Assembly (NCBI GenBank): GCA_045636385.1
Contig: JAZTXK010000044.1
Location: 23,523-87,522, forward strand
Source: Eubacteriales bacterium
GTDB taxonomy: Bacteria > Bacillota > Clostridia > Oscillospirales > CAG-272
Reading direction: 5' to 3'
DNA: 64,000 nt
Positions 8,338 through 16,671 of the stretch are shown here, piece by piece. The position numbers and the translations under genes were made by a program. Positions within the stretch are counted from its first letter, which is position 1. Each line of letters starts with the position of its first letter. The notes under the pieces were generated by a model. The model was not told the origin of the DNA, made no database searches, and saw only the letters and a program-made list of their open reading frames with translations.

Positions 8338-9717
8338 TTATTCTTCGCTCTCGCACGCTTCTGCCACCTTGAGCATAATCGCGCACTCGATTCGCTTCTT
8401 GAACAGCTTACAGCCGTACTCGTAGACGCCGTTTACGCTGCCCGTTGCGTGGTAGGAGTTTGCGGCGCAGCCGCCGGAGCAATAGAGTCTTGCCCAACAA
8501 TCGCGGCATTCTTCTCTCGAATATGCCGAGCAGGAGCGGAATTCGTCGCGGATTGCTTCGTTTTTCACGCCGTCAAAAATGTTACCGAGCAGATATTTCT
8601 CGTCGCCGACGAACTGGTGGCAAGGGTAAAGGTCGCCCCAGGGGGTGACAGCCATATACTCGGTTCCCGAGCCGCAGCCCGAAATTCTCTTATAGATGCA
8701 GGGGCCGCCCTCAAGGTCGAGCATATAGTGATAGAACGTGATCGGCTTGCCGCGCTTCTTGCGGTCGATCATTTCAAGCGCGAGCTTTTCGTACTGCTCG
8801 TAAAGCACGGGCAGATCCTCGTCGCCGAGCGCGTAGGGGTCGCCGGGAGGGCAGACTACGGGCTCCATCGAAAGCTCGGTGAAGCCTTCGTCAGCCATAT
8901 GTATGATGTCCTTGCAGAAATCGGTGTTGAACTTGGTGAACGTGCCACGCATATAGTAGCCCTTGTCGCCGCGGCGGCTGACGAACTCCTTGAACTTGGG
9001 AAGGATCAGGTCGTAAGAGCCCTGACCGCTTACGGTCTTGCGGAGGTTGTCGTGTACGTGGCGTCTGCCGTCGAGCGAGAGAACGACGTTGTCCATCTCT
9101 TTGTTGGCAAATTCGATTACGTCGTCGTCAACAAGCACGCCGTTTGTCGTCAGCGTGAAGCGGAAATGCTTGCCTGCCGCCTCTTCGATAGAGCGCGCGT
9201 AGGCAACGAGATCCTTGACGACCTGCCAGTTCATCAGCGGCTCGCCGCCGAAGAAGTCGACCTCGAGATTGTGGCGTGTGCCCGAGTTTTCAACAAGGAA
9301 ATCGAGTGCGCGTTTGCCGACCTCGAAGGACATCAGCGCGCGTTCGCCGTGGAATCTGCCCTGAGCCGCGAAGCAATATTCGCAGTTGAGGTTACAGGTG
9401 TGCGCAACGTGCAGGCAGAGTGCCTTTACGGTGTTCGAATTGTTCTTGAGCTTGCCGACGAGGGGCGCGTAGATATCCTCGGCGTAGAGCTTGCCGTCGG
9501 CTTTGAGCTCCTCGACGTCGGAGATCGTGTCGCGGATATCACCCTCGGTGATGTCCTCTGCGGCGAACTTTTCAAGGCAGATCGAAACGATCTCGTCTGC
9601 CGACTTAGTTTCGTAAAGATTGATTACATCGTAAGCCAGATCATCGACCGCGTGAACCGCGCCCGAGCCGACGTCAAGGACTATGTTGTAACCGTTGAGT
9701 TTATAGGAATGGATCAT
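8338..9717 (-). CDS. Radical SAM/SPASM thioether-forming SCIFF peptide maturase
   Basis: 459 aa. It has the CNLNCEYC radical SAM cluster motif, a Cys-rich SPASM tail (CGSG...CHQF...CRDCWARLYCSGGCAA), and the N-terminus MIHSYKLNGYNIVLD typical of SCIFF maturases. It lies directly downstream of a SCIFF precursor ORF. Confidence 0.9.
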   Translation of the reverse strand: MIHSYKLNGYNIVLDVGSGAVHAVDDLAYDVINLYETKSADEIVSICLEKFAAEDITEGDIRDTISDVEELKADGKLYAEDIYAPLVGKLKNNSNTVKALCLHVAHTCNLNCEYCFAAQGRFHGERALMSFEVGKRALDFLVENSGTRHNLEVDFFGGEPLMNWQVVKDLVAYARSIEEAAGKHFRFTLTTNGVLVDDDVIEFANKEMDNVVLSLDGRRHVHDNLRKTVSGQGSYDLILPKFKEFVSRRGDKGYYMRGTFTKFNTDFCKDIIHMADEGFTELSMEPVVCPPGDPYALGDEDLPVLYEQYEKLALEMIDRKKRGKPITFYHYMLDLEGGPCIYKRISGCGSGTEYMAVTPWGDLYPCHQFVGDEKYLLGNIFDGVKNEAIRDEFRSCSAYSREECRDCWARLYCSGGCAANSYHATGSVNGVYEYGCKLFKKRIECAIMLKVAEACESEE

Positions 9718-9737
9718 TTTTTACCTCACCAGATTTA

Positions 9738-9768
9738 AAAAGCCGCCGCTGTCGCGGCTGCTTTTTTA
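9738..9768 (-). terminator. Candidate partial terminator/attenuator between the SCIFF precursor and maturase genes
   Basis: A 6-bp GC-rich stem (AGCCGC/GCGGCT) is followed by TTTT on the minus strand. The stem is short, so readthrough is likely. Confidence 0.4.
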
Positions 9769-9771
9769 CAA

Positions 9772-9918
9772 TTACTTAGACTTCTTTTCGCAAGCCTGGT
9801 TAGCAACGCCGCAAGAGGTCTTGCAAGCGGACTGGCAGGAAGTCTGGCACTCGCCGCATCCGCCGTTCTTAACGGAAGCCTTGAGGTCACGGGTATTGAT
9901 AGTACGAATTCTCTTCAT
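9772..9918 (-). CDS. SCIFF (six cysteines in forty-five residues) ribosomal peptide precursor, 48 aa; absent from the ORF track
   Basis: Manual translation gives MKRIRTINTRDLKASVKNGGCGECQTSCQSACKTSCGVANQACEKKSK. This contains the canonical GGCGECQTSCQSACKTSC core. RBS GGTGGA lies 8 nt upstream. Confidence 0.9.
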   Translation of the reverse strand: MKRIRTINTRDLKASVKNGGCGECQTSCQSACKTSCGVANQACEKKSK

Positions 9919-9959
9919 TGTAAAAATCCACCTTTCGGATATAATTTAATTCACCATAT

Positions 9960-9988
9960 AGTATATATGATTTTTGCCGATTTGTCAA
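9960..9988 (-). promoter_or_regulatory. Sigma-A-type promoter for the SCIFF operon
   Basis: On the minus strand: TTGACA, a 17-nt spacer, then TATACT. The -35 element overlaps the 3' end of the upstream decarboxylase gene. Confidence 0.5.
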
Positions 9989-11319
9989 GAGGTTTTGATG
10001 ATTTTTGGCGAAATCCCCGAATTTTTCAGCATTTCGAGGTGATTTTTTATCTCGTCGGTGACTACCTCGCCGGGCAGAAGCAGGGGGATGCCGGGGGGAT
10101 AGACCCAAAGATAGGCGTTCGAGATATCTTCGCCATCGGGTAGATCGAGCCAGACCGCGTCACAAAGCGGAATTGCGACGGGCGGAAGTGAGGTGATGAA
10201 CGAGGGATAAGTTCTGTTTTCCGAATACTCGGCTTCCGCATCGAGTGCCATTATCGCACGCGAGAGGGCGGTGAGGTTTTCGCGCGTGTCGCAGACAGAT
10301 GTCATACAGAGAAGGTAGTCGGAGTGAACCATTTCGGGCTCGATATGAAAACGCGAGCGCAGAGTGTCGGCAAGTGAGGAACCCGTAAAGTTCGTATTTC
10401 TCGTCGAGATCGAGATCTTTCCGATATCGTCGGTTTTGATCAGCTTTAGCTTTTCGGGGGTAGTCGATGCGTAAAATTCGTCGAGCATCGCGCGGTAATT
10501 ATCGAAAAGCTTTTCCGAGTCGGACAAAATATCCGCGCATTTTGCGATCGAGTTCATTAATATATATGAAGGACTGCTTGTTTCGAAGATGCCGAGATTG
10601 CGGGCAAAGCGTGAGGAATATTTCTCATTGAAAACAAGACCGAGCGCGGTCTGTGTCAGCGCGGGGAGGGTTTTGTGCAGACTTGTGACAGCAATATCCG
10701 CGACTCGCGGGAAATCGGGGAAATGCTCGGAAAAACCGAGGTGCGCACCGTGAGCGGCGTCGACGAAAAGCGCGGCGCCGTGTTTTTTGCAGACCTCCGC
10801 AATAGCCGCAATATCCGATATCACGCCTTCGTAAGTCGGCGAGGTCAGAATGACCGCAGATGCTTCGGGGGCGCGTGAGAAGGCTTCCTCGACCGCCGTC
10901 GGTGTGATAGCACCGCAGATGCCGTATTCCGGGGTGATGGGCGGAAGGATGCAAGTGGGTGTCAGACGGCAGATCTCGATCGCGTGCCAAACCGACTTAT
11001 GACAGTTGCGCGCGACGATGACGGAGTCACCCGGCTTTGTCAGCGTTCGGATGCCCGCGAGAATACCGCAGGTCGAGCCGCCAATGAGTGGATACGCCGA
11101 CTTGGCTTTGTATAAACTCGCGTACTTTTCGCAGAGCGAGCCGATAATGCCGCCCTCTTCGGGATCGTGGAGATCGTCCGCGCCGTCGATCTCGGTGACG
11201 TCGACGGAGTAGGGAAGATCGGTGCCGAGTAGAGCCGTATTCCTCTTATGCCCCGGCATATGCATCGGGATCGCAGAGGATGTTATTTCTTCAATCTTTT
11301 TTTGAAAGTTTGTTTTCAT
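9985..11319 (-). CDS. Orn/Lys/Arg decarboxylase-family PLP-dependent enzyme
   Basis: 444 aa. The N-terminal motif PMHMPGHKRN and the SLHKTLP Lys-PLP motif are typical of this family. Confidence 0.75.
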   Translation of the reverse strand: MKTNFQKKIEEITSSAIPMHMPGHKRNTALLGTDLPYSVDVTEIDGADDLHDPEEGGIIGSLCEKYASLYKAKSAYPLIGGSTCGILAGIRTLTKPGDSVIVARNCHKSVWHAIEICRLTPTCILPPITPEYGICGAITPTAVEEAFSRAPEASAVILTSPTYEGVISDIAAIAEVCKKHGAALFVDAAHGAHLGFSEHFPDFPRVADIAVTSLHKTLPALTQTALGLVFNEKYSSRFARNLGIFETSSPSYILMNSIAKCADILSDSEKLFDNYRAMLDEFYASTTPEKLKLIKTDDIGKISISTRNTNFTGSSLADTLRSRFHIEPEMVHSDYLLCMTSVCDTRENLTALSRAIMALDAEAEYSENRTYPSFITSLPPVAIPLCDAVWLDLPDGEDISNAYLWVYPPGIPLLLPGEVVTDEIKNHLEMLKNSGISPKIIKTS

Positions 11320-11530
11320 TTTTCTTTTTAATTATGCGGTAGCATACGTAAACGGCGACGCAAACGAGTCCCGCGATATATGTAGGCCAATATATGAAGG
11401 AGTAAAGGACGAGCCAATCGAATAAATTCCACGACTCGATGCTCATTCTGTATATACCTAAAATAAAGGGAAGAACAAAAGGAATTATTCCGATTATTAA
11501 TAGAATGTTCCAGATAAAGGATTTTTTCAT
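11291..11530 (-). CDS. Small membrane protein (2-3 TM segments), unknown function
   Basis: Hydrophobic segments are IWNILLIIGIIPFVLPFILGIY and WLVLYSFIYWPTYIAGLVCVAVYV. The start was set at the ATG preceded by AAGGAGA; the track ORF starts 24 nt further upstream. Confidence 0.5.
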   Translation of the reverse strand: MKKSFIWNILLIIGIIPFVLPFILGIYRMSIESWNLFDWLVLYSFIYWPTYIAGLVCVAVYVCYRIIKKKNENKLSKKD

Positions 11531-11578
11531 TTTTCTCCTTTTGTCTATAATCATAGATTTTCTTTATTTGTCAAAGGG

Positions 11579-11760
11579 GGGACATAGTCAATACTTCCCT
11601 ACATTCGGGAAGTATTGACTATGTCCAAAATGGCGAAGCAGAGCTTCGCCATTTTGAAGCGCGGTGGGGCGAGCTTAAGCTCGCGCATTAAATCGAGACG
11701 CTGTCTCGAGCTCTGCTAAAGAAACTTTTTGAAAAAAGTTTCTTTAGAATCTTCCAAAAC
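11579..11760 (-). repeat. Mosaic multi-hairpin intergenic repeat, copy C
   Basis: It contains the perfect palindrome GGACATAGTCAATACTTCCCTACATTCGGGAAGTATTGACTATGTCC, the TTTTGAAGCGCGGTG module and the AAGAAACTTTTTGAAAAAAGTTTCTT hairpin, in the same order as copy B. Confidence 0.8.
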
Positions 11761-11763
11761 TTT

Positions 11764-12594
11764 TTAATTTGTGTTTGCGTAAGCATCGAGTGCTGCGGGG
11801 ACGTCGCCGTATTCTTTAAGCAGACGTTCGGCGGTCTCTCTGTCTGCGTCCGAAAGTTGCATTATGATTCGTGTTGCACGCTCAACGAGCTTTTCGTTTG
11901 TCGGGCGGACGTTTACCATAAGGTTCGAGCGCACCTTGCCCGTTTTTATCATCGCGCAGGTGGAGAACATATTAAGTATCAGCTTCTGCGCCGTGCCGGC
12001 TTTGAGTCTGGTCGAGCCCGAAATGACCTCGGGGCCGACGTAGACCGAAACGGCGACATCACAGTGATTTTCCATAAGCGAGCCGGGGTTGCAGGTGACG
12101 GATATCGTCTTGCAGCCGAGTTCGCGTGCCTTTTTGAGTGCGCCGATGACGAAAGGTGCGCGTCCCGATGCCGAAAGTCCCACAACGACGTCGCCCGGCT
12201 TCGCACCGTCGGCTTCGATTGCGGTAATACCCTTTTCCTCACTGTCCTCGGCATTTTCGGTCGCGCGGAAAACGGCTTCCTTGCCGCCCGCGATAACTCC
12301 GCGGAAAAGCTCGTAATCAACACCGAATGTGGGCGGGCATTCGGATGCGTCAACGATGCCGAGTCTGCCCGAGGTGCCGCAGCCGACGTAGATAATGTGA
12401 CCGCCGTGTTCTATGGCTTCGCTTATCATATCGATCGCCGATGCAATCTCGGGGAGTGCTTCGTCAATTCCGTCCTCGACGGCGCGGTTTTCCTGATTGA
12501 TCAGGCGCACCATTTCGAGCGAGGAGAGCTTATCAATGTCCATTGTGCGAGGATTTCTGCCCTCGGTCTTCAGAATGTCGTAATTATCTCTCAT
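11764..12594 (-). CDS. murQ: N-acetylmuramic acid 6-phosphate etherase
   Basis: The N-terminus LKTEGRNPRTMDIDKLSSLEMVRLINQENRAV and SIS domain motifs (GCGTSGRLG, SASGRAPF) match MurQ. The start was set at 12594, 1 nt after the upstream stop; the longer track ORF would overlap the upstream gene. Confidence 0.85.
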   Translation of the reverse strand: MRDNYDILKTEGRNPRTMDIDKLSSLEMVRLINQENRAVEDGIDEALPEIASAIDMISEAIEHGGHIIYVGCGTSGRLGIVDASECPPTFGVDYELFRGVIAGGKEAVFRATENAEDSEEKGITAIEADGAKPGDVVVGLSASGRAPFVIGALKKARELGCKTISVTCNPGSLMENHCDVAVSVYVGPEVISGSTRLKAGTAQKLILNMFSTCAMIKTGKVRSNLMVNVRPTNEKLVERATRIIMQLSDADRETAERLLKEYGDVPAALDAYANTN

Positions 12595-12595
12595 A

Positions 12596-13408
12596 TCAAT
12601 ATCTCTTGGGTTCGAAGCCTTCAAATACGGGGATGTCGCCCTTGGCTTTGGCTTCACCGTAAAGCTCGGGGGTGTTGACGGTCCAGGTGAACGTCATTAC
12701 GTTATAAAGCTTCTTGCAGATAACGAGGGGCAGAAGCTTGGGGTGCTTGCAGTCGTAGGAGATGTAGTCGGGCTTTGCGAGGCAGTTGAGAACCATTGTT
12801 GTCGCGAGGAATCGGGTGAAGATATTGCCCTTATGACCCTTTGCAAGGAAATTGGAAACGAGCACGCCGCGCACCACGCGGGGGCGGTTGACGCGGTACC
12901 AATTGATAAGCATCGGGTTGAAGGATTTGACCGAATAAAATCTGTCTTCCTTATCGAGAAGCTTTGCAAGCTCAACGCAAAGGCGGGTGTCGTTGCCCTT
13001 GAGCTCGATGCAGAGGGGAGTGGTGGGGTCGATGCCCGCGAGGACGTCCTCGAAAAGAGGGATCTTTTCGTAAGTGCCCTTGATCTCGACCCAGGAAAGC
13101 TCGGATGCCGTCTTCGAATCGACGCGCTCGGTGCGGTCGCACATACGCTGAAGTGTGTCGTCGTGGAAAACGACGACCTGATTGTCCTTCGAGAGGCGGA
13201 CGTCAAGCTCGATGCCGTAGCCCTCGCGCTCGGCGGCGTAGAACGCCTGCATCGTGTTTTCTACGGCGAAGTCGCCGTGGAGTCCGCGGTGAGCGTAGTC
13301 TACCTTAAGGGGCTCGACCGAGGTCTTGGGCTCGGGACGGGGACGGAGCAAGAAAACGTAGAGCGCGGAGAGTGCGATAAGAGCGAGAAGAATATAAACG
13401 ATAATCAT
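12596..13408 (-). CDS. Membrane-anchored glycerophosphodiester phosphodiesterase family protein
   Basis: An N-terminal TM segment (IIVYILLALIALSALYVFLL) is followed by the GDPD signature YAHRGLHG...ENTMQAF...GIELDVRLSKDNQVVVFHDDTL. Confidence 0.8.
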   Translation of the reverse strand: MIIVYILLALIALSALYVFLLRPRPEPKTSVEPLKVDYAHRGLHGDFAVENTMQAFYAAEREGYGIELDVRLSKDNQVVVFHDDTLQRMCDRTERVDSKTASELSWVEIKGTYEKIPLFEDVLAGIDPTTPLCIELKGNDTRLCVELAKLLDKEDRFYSVKSFNPMLINWYRVNRPRVVRGVLVSNFLAKGHKGNIFTRFLATTMVLNCLAKPDYISYDCKHPKLLPLVICKKLYNVMTFTWTVNTPELYGEAKAKGDIPVFEGFEPKRY

Positions 13409-13419
13409 TTTAATTTACC

Positions 13420-14931
13420 TCATTTCGTGGGTTTGGAGTCGCCGTGGCGAACGAAGATCATTGTGATGAATGCGCCGGCTGCGAAGATCGCGGCGTAGGG
13501 GAATAGGGTCTTCATACCAAAGCTGTCCATGATATAACCCGAAAGCAGGGGAGTGAGTGTCTGCGCCGCCATACTTGCGGTGTAGTAGAAGCCGGTGTAC
13601 TTACCGACGTTGCCGCCGCGCGCAAGCTCGACGACCATGGGGAAGGAGTTGACGTTGATGGTCGCCCATCCGATACCCGCGATGGCAAAGAGGATCATCA
13701 TAACGGGCAGGGGTGTTCCCGCGTCAAGGAAGGAGGCGGTGAGGAACGCTCCGCTGAGCATAACGACGCCCGCGAGAATGGTCTTCTTTCTGCCGACCTT
13801 GGTCGCGATCATACCGACGGGGAGATATGCGATCAGCGCGGCGATGTTTGCCACGAGAAGGGTGGAGTTGTAGTCAAGCTGAAGGACGCGTCCCGCATAG
13901 ACCGAGTACTTGCTCGTCACGGCGTTGTAGCCGAAGAACCAGAGAACGACCGAGGCAAGCAGGAGGATGAGGGATGCCATTTCCGCCTTTGAAAGCTTGC
14001 GGCTTCCCGACGCTTCGTCCTCGTCGTTGCCCTCCTTGATATTTTCCGCGCGGCTGATCTCCTCCATTTCGGCAACGAACTTGCGCTCGCGGACGGTCGA
14101 AATGAAGATGATGAGGCTGACGAGCATTATGCCCGCAACGATGCAGAAATAGCCGGTGTAGGGCATATAGGTGTTTTTGGTAGATCCCGTGGAGAGTACC
14201 ATACCGAGTCCGAGGATAAGGCTTCCGCCTATCGTGCCCATCAGGTTGATGACGGCGTTAGCCTTGGAACGCAGGGGACGCGGGGTGACGTCGGGCATCA
14301 GCGCGACTGCGGGAGTGCGGAAGGTCGCCATCGAGAGAAGAAGGATGAAGAGTACGGCGATGAAGGTTATCAGCACCGAGGGGTCCTTGCCGACGATCTC
14401 CTGCGCGATATAAGCCGAACGCGCGGGGACGACGTAATTGGTGTAGTCGGGGTTTGCCTTGCCGTTCTCAAGCTCCGCGGGGATCTTCATAAAGTTCTCG
14501 CGGGTGAATTCCGCAAGATCGTATTGGGCGCCGTCGGGAGTTGCGAGGGGCGCGTCGTAGTCGTAATCGTAAAGAACGGCGCGTGCTTCCTCGGAGTTGA
14601 TGTCAGCGATATTGCCGAGACGGTCAAGCTGCATCGAATCTACGAAGGAGAGCGAGATGAGGGCTGCCGCCGCGATCAGAGTGCCGGCGATGATGAAGGG
14701 TGTGCGGCGTCCGAGCTTGGATTTTGTTTTGTCCGAGAGGATGCCGAAGAGGGGGAGAAGGAAGAGCGCGAGGATATTGTCGATCGCCATGATCGCGCCC
14801 GAGGTGAATTGTGACATACCGAAGCGGTCGGTGAGGATTTTCGGAACAATGGTGTCATATGCCTGCCAGAAGGCACAGATCAGGAAAAATGCGAATCCCA
14901 CGCAAAGCGTGCGCTTGTAATTGAGTTTCAT
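13420..14931 (-). CDS. MFS transporter (SLC45/GPH-like)
   Basis: 503 aa with about 12 hydrophobic segments. The motif GILSDKTKSKLGRRTPFI is typical of SLC45-type/GPH MFS carriers. RBS AAGGAG is present. Confidence 0.75.
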   Translation of the reverse strand: MKLNYKRTLCVGFAFFLICAFWQAYDTIVPKILTDRFGMSQFTSGAIMAIDNILALFLLPLFGILSDKTKSKLGRRTPFIIAGTLIAAAALISLSFVDSMQLDRLGNIADINSEEARAVLYDYDYDAPLATPDGAQYDLAEFTRENFMKIPAELENGKANPDYTNYVVPARSAYIAQEIVGKDPSVLITFIAVLFILLLSMATFRTPAVALMPDVTPRPLRSKANAVINLMGTIGGSLILGLGMVLSTGSTKNTYMPYTGYFCIVAGIMLVSLIIFISTVRERKFVAEMEEISRAENIKEGNDEDEASGSRKLSKAEMASLILLLASVVLWFFGYNAVTSKYSVYAGRVLQLDYNSTLLVANIAALIAYLPVGMIATKVGRKKTILAGVVMLSGAFLTASFLDAGTPLPVMMILFAIAGIGWATINVNSFPMVVELARGGNVGKYTGFYYTASMAAQTLTPLLSGYIMDSFGMKTLFPYAAIFAAGAFITMIFVRHGDSKPTK

Positions 14932-14983
14932 TTTTGGACTCCTTATATCATTTTAATAAAAACTAAAGACAACAGCAGCGGAA

Positions 14984-15100
14984 AGTTTTTTGAAGATTCT
15001 TAAGAAACTTTTTTCAAAAAAGTTTCTTAAGTCGACCTCCGCAGAGGTCGAAACTCTCTCCGTGCTTCAAAATGACGGCGCCCCGCCGGCATTTTGGAAG
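14984..15100 (+). repeat. Mosaic multi-hairpin intergenic repeat, copy D (short form)
   Basis: GTTTTTTGAAGATTCTTAAGAAACTTTTTTCAAAAAAGTTTCTTAAG, a GTCGACCTC..GAGGTCGA hairpin, then CCGTGCTTCAAAATG-hairpin-CATTTTGGA. The module order matches copy A. Confidence 0.7.
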
Positions 15101-15111
15101 GAGTAAAATCT

Positions 15112-15131
15112 CCCCTCGGGGAGATTTTTGC
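15112..15131 (-). terminator. Intrinsic terminator downstream of the NUDIX gene
   Basis: Hairpin atctcccc/ggggagat with a T-run on the minus strand. Confidence 0.6.
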
Positions 15132-15149
15132 TCCTTCATTCCCTTAAAT

Positions 15150-15704
15150 TTACTTTCTTCTATCAATAATGTACTGCGCCTTCAACACCGCCGCGATCGT
15201 CTTGCCGTCCGCAATCTCGCCCGAAACGCACATTTCGGCGAGAGTGTCAAGCGGGATAGCTTCAACGTCGATGAATTCATCGTCATCGGGATCGGTGTCG
15301 CCCATCGAAAGTCCCTCTGCGATATACATCGAAATCACCTCGCCGAGAATCGCGGGAGAGGGGATAAAGTCGCCGATGTAGGTCAGAGTTTCGCACCGAG
15401 CACCCGTTTCCTCGCGCAGCTCACGCAGAGCCGCCGCGGGTCGGTCGGTCTCGCCGGGCTCGAGCTTGCCCGCGGGGATCTCAAGAAATACGCGCCCGTG
15501 CGTGTAGCGGTATTGGCGCACACAGAGCACCTCGCCCTTTTCATTTATCGGCACGACGCATACCGCGCCGGGATGTCCGACGTATTCGCGCGTCGCTTCT
15601 TTGCCATCGGGGAGAGAAACGCGGTCAACCATAACGTGCAGTATTTTGCCCGAATAGACCTCGCGCCCGTCAATGCGGCGTTCGGTCATATCAATATTTT
15701 GCAT
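15150..15704 (-). CDS. NUDIX hydrolase (ADP-ribose pyrophosphatase-like)
   Basis: Nudix box GKLEPGETDRPAAALRELREETG. RBS GAGGTG is present. Confidence 0.85.
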   Translation of the reverse strand: MQNIDMTERRIDGREVYSGKILHVMVDRVSLPDGKEATREYVGHPGAVCVVPINEKGEVLCVRQYRYTHGRVFLEIPAGKLEPGETDRPAAALRELREETGARCETLTYIGDFIPSPAILGEVISMYIAEGLSMGDTDPDDDEFIDVEAIPLDTLAEMCVSGEIADGKTIAAVLKAQYIIDRRK

Positions 15705-15815
15705 TATAAGTCACCTCTAAAATATTATTTTATATTTATACAGAATAATTATACACTATTTTTTTCCTCTTGTAAAGATTTTTTTGCAGATTGCCGCGCT
15801 CTTTTGAATTTTCTA

Positions 15816-15844
15816 TTGCATATTTGTGTGAATTGTGATAGAAT
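15816..15844 (+). promoter_or_regulatory. Sigma-A-type promoter for tcdA
   Basis: TTGCAT, a 17-nt spacer, then TAGAAT. Confidence 0.45.
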
Positions 15845-15873
15845 TATATCAATTAATCAATCGAGGTGACAAA

Positions 15874-16578
15874 ATGCAACTTGACGATACACGCACTCGG
15901 GCTTTGCTTGGCGAGGACGGTGTAGGTAGGCTCGCGGCGGCGCACGTTGCGGTCTTTGGACTTGGCGGAGTCGGCGGACATCTTTGCGAGGCGCTTGCGC
16001 GCGCGGGAGTCGGCGAGCTGACCGTAATCGACGGTGATACCGTATCGACCTCAAACGTAAACCGACAGATAATCGCGACGCAGGAAACAGTCGGCAGACC
16101 GAAAGCCGACGTTATGGCGGAGCGAATCCTCTCGATCAATCCCGAATGCAAGGTGCACGCGGTCAACCTCTTTTATCTGCCCGAAAATGCCGACGAGATC
16201 GACCTTTCGCAGTTCGATTTTATTGCCGACGCGGTCGATACCGTTGCGGCAAAGGTCGAGCTTATCTGCCGCGCCGATGCGGCGGGAATTCCCGTTATAG
16301 CCTCGATGGGCGCGGGAAACAAGCTTTATCCCGAACGCTTCCGCATATCCGATATCAGCAAGACGAGCGTTTGCCCGCTTGCAAAGATCATGCGCAAGAA
16401 GATGAAAGAGAAGGGAATCAAAAAGCTCGACGTAGTCTGGTCGGATGAAGAACCGATGAAGGCGCAAGGGCTCGGTGCGGAAAACGGCAGAAATATCCCG
16501 GGAAGCCTGTCCTTTGTGCCGGGAGCAGTGGGACTGATAATGGCGGGACATATTATCAGAAAGATAGTGCAGAGTTAA
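15874..16578 (+). CDS. tcdA: tRNA threonylcarbamoyladenosine dehydratase (ThiF/E1-like)
   Basis: VAVFGLGGVGGHLCEALARAGVGELTVIDGDTVSTSNVNRQ. The start was set at the ATG preceded by GAGGTGA. The last three codons and the stop lie inside a heptamer repeat array. Confidence 0.8.
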   Translation: MQLDDTRTRALLGEDGVGRLAAAHVAVFGLGGVGGHLCEALARAGVGELTVIDGDTVSTSNVNRQIIATQETVGRPKADVMAERILSINPECKVHAVNLFYLPENADEIDLSQFDFIADAVDTVAAKVELICRADAAGIPVIASMGAGNKLYPERFRISDISKTSVCPLAKIMRKKMKEKGIKKLDVVWSDEEPMKAQGLGAENGRNIPGSLSFVPGAVGLIMAGHIIRKIVQS

Positions 16579-16630
16579 GAGTGCAGAGTGCAGAGTTAAG
16601 GTGAATTTTCGCCGAGGCGAAAATTTTCGA
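16567..16630 (+). repeat. Heptamer-array element, half copy (one arm plus hairpin)
   Basis: Tandem heptamers GTGCAGA GTTAAGA GTGCAGA GTGCAGA GTTAAGG are followed by the hairpin GAATTTTCGCC-GAG-GCGAAAATTTTC. Confidence 0.75.
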
Positions 16631-16671
16631 TTTTAATAATATTTCACTTTTCTAAAAGAAAGGAACATAAA

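Noticed and set aside
8449-9738. Long antisense ORFs opposite well-supported genes. Examples are 8449-9738, 11857-12678, 16837-17661, 17690-18721, 22968-23936, 23950-25134, 32167-33252, 36230-37363, 39226-40686, 40584-41927, 45080-46009, 46118-47341, 49556-51253, 56241-57989, 58166-59107, 61963-62925 and 63375-63977.
   Set aside because: Each one lies opposite a gene with clear family motifs, an RBS and operon context. Their translations are Arg/Gly/Val/Asp-rich with no recognisable motifs, which is typical of shadow ORFs in GC-rich codon-biased DNA.
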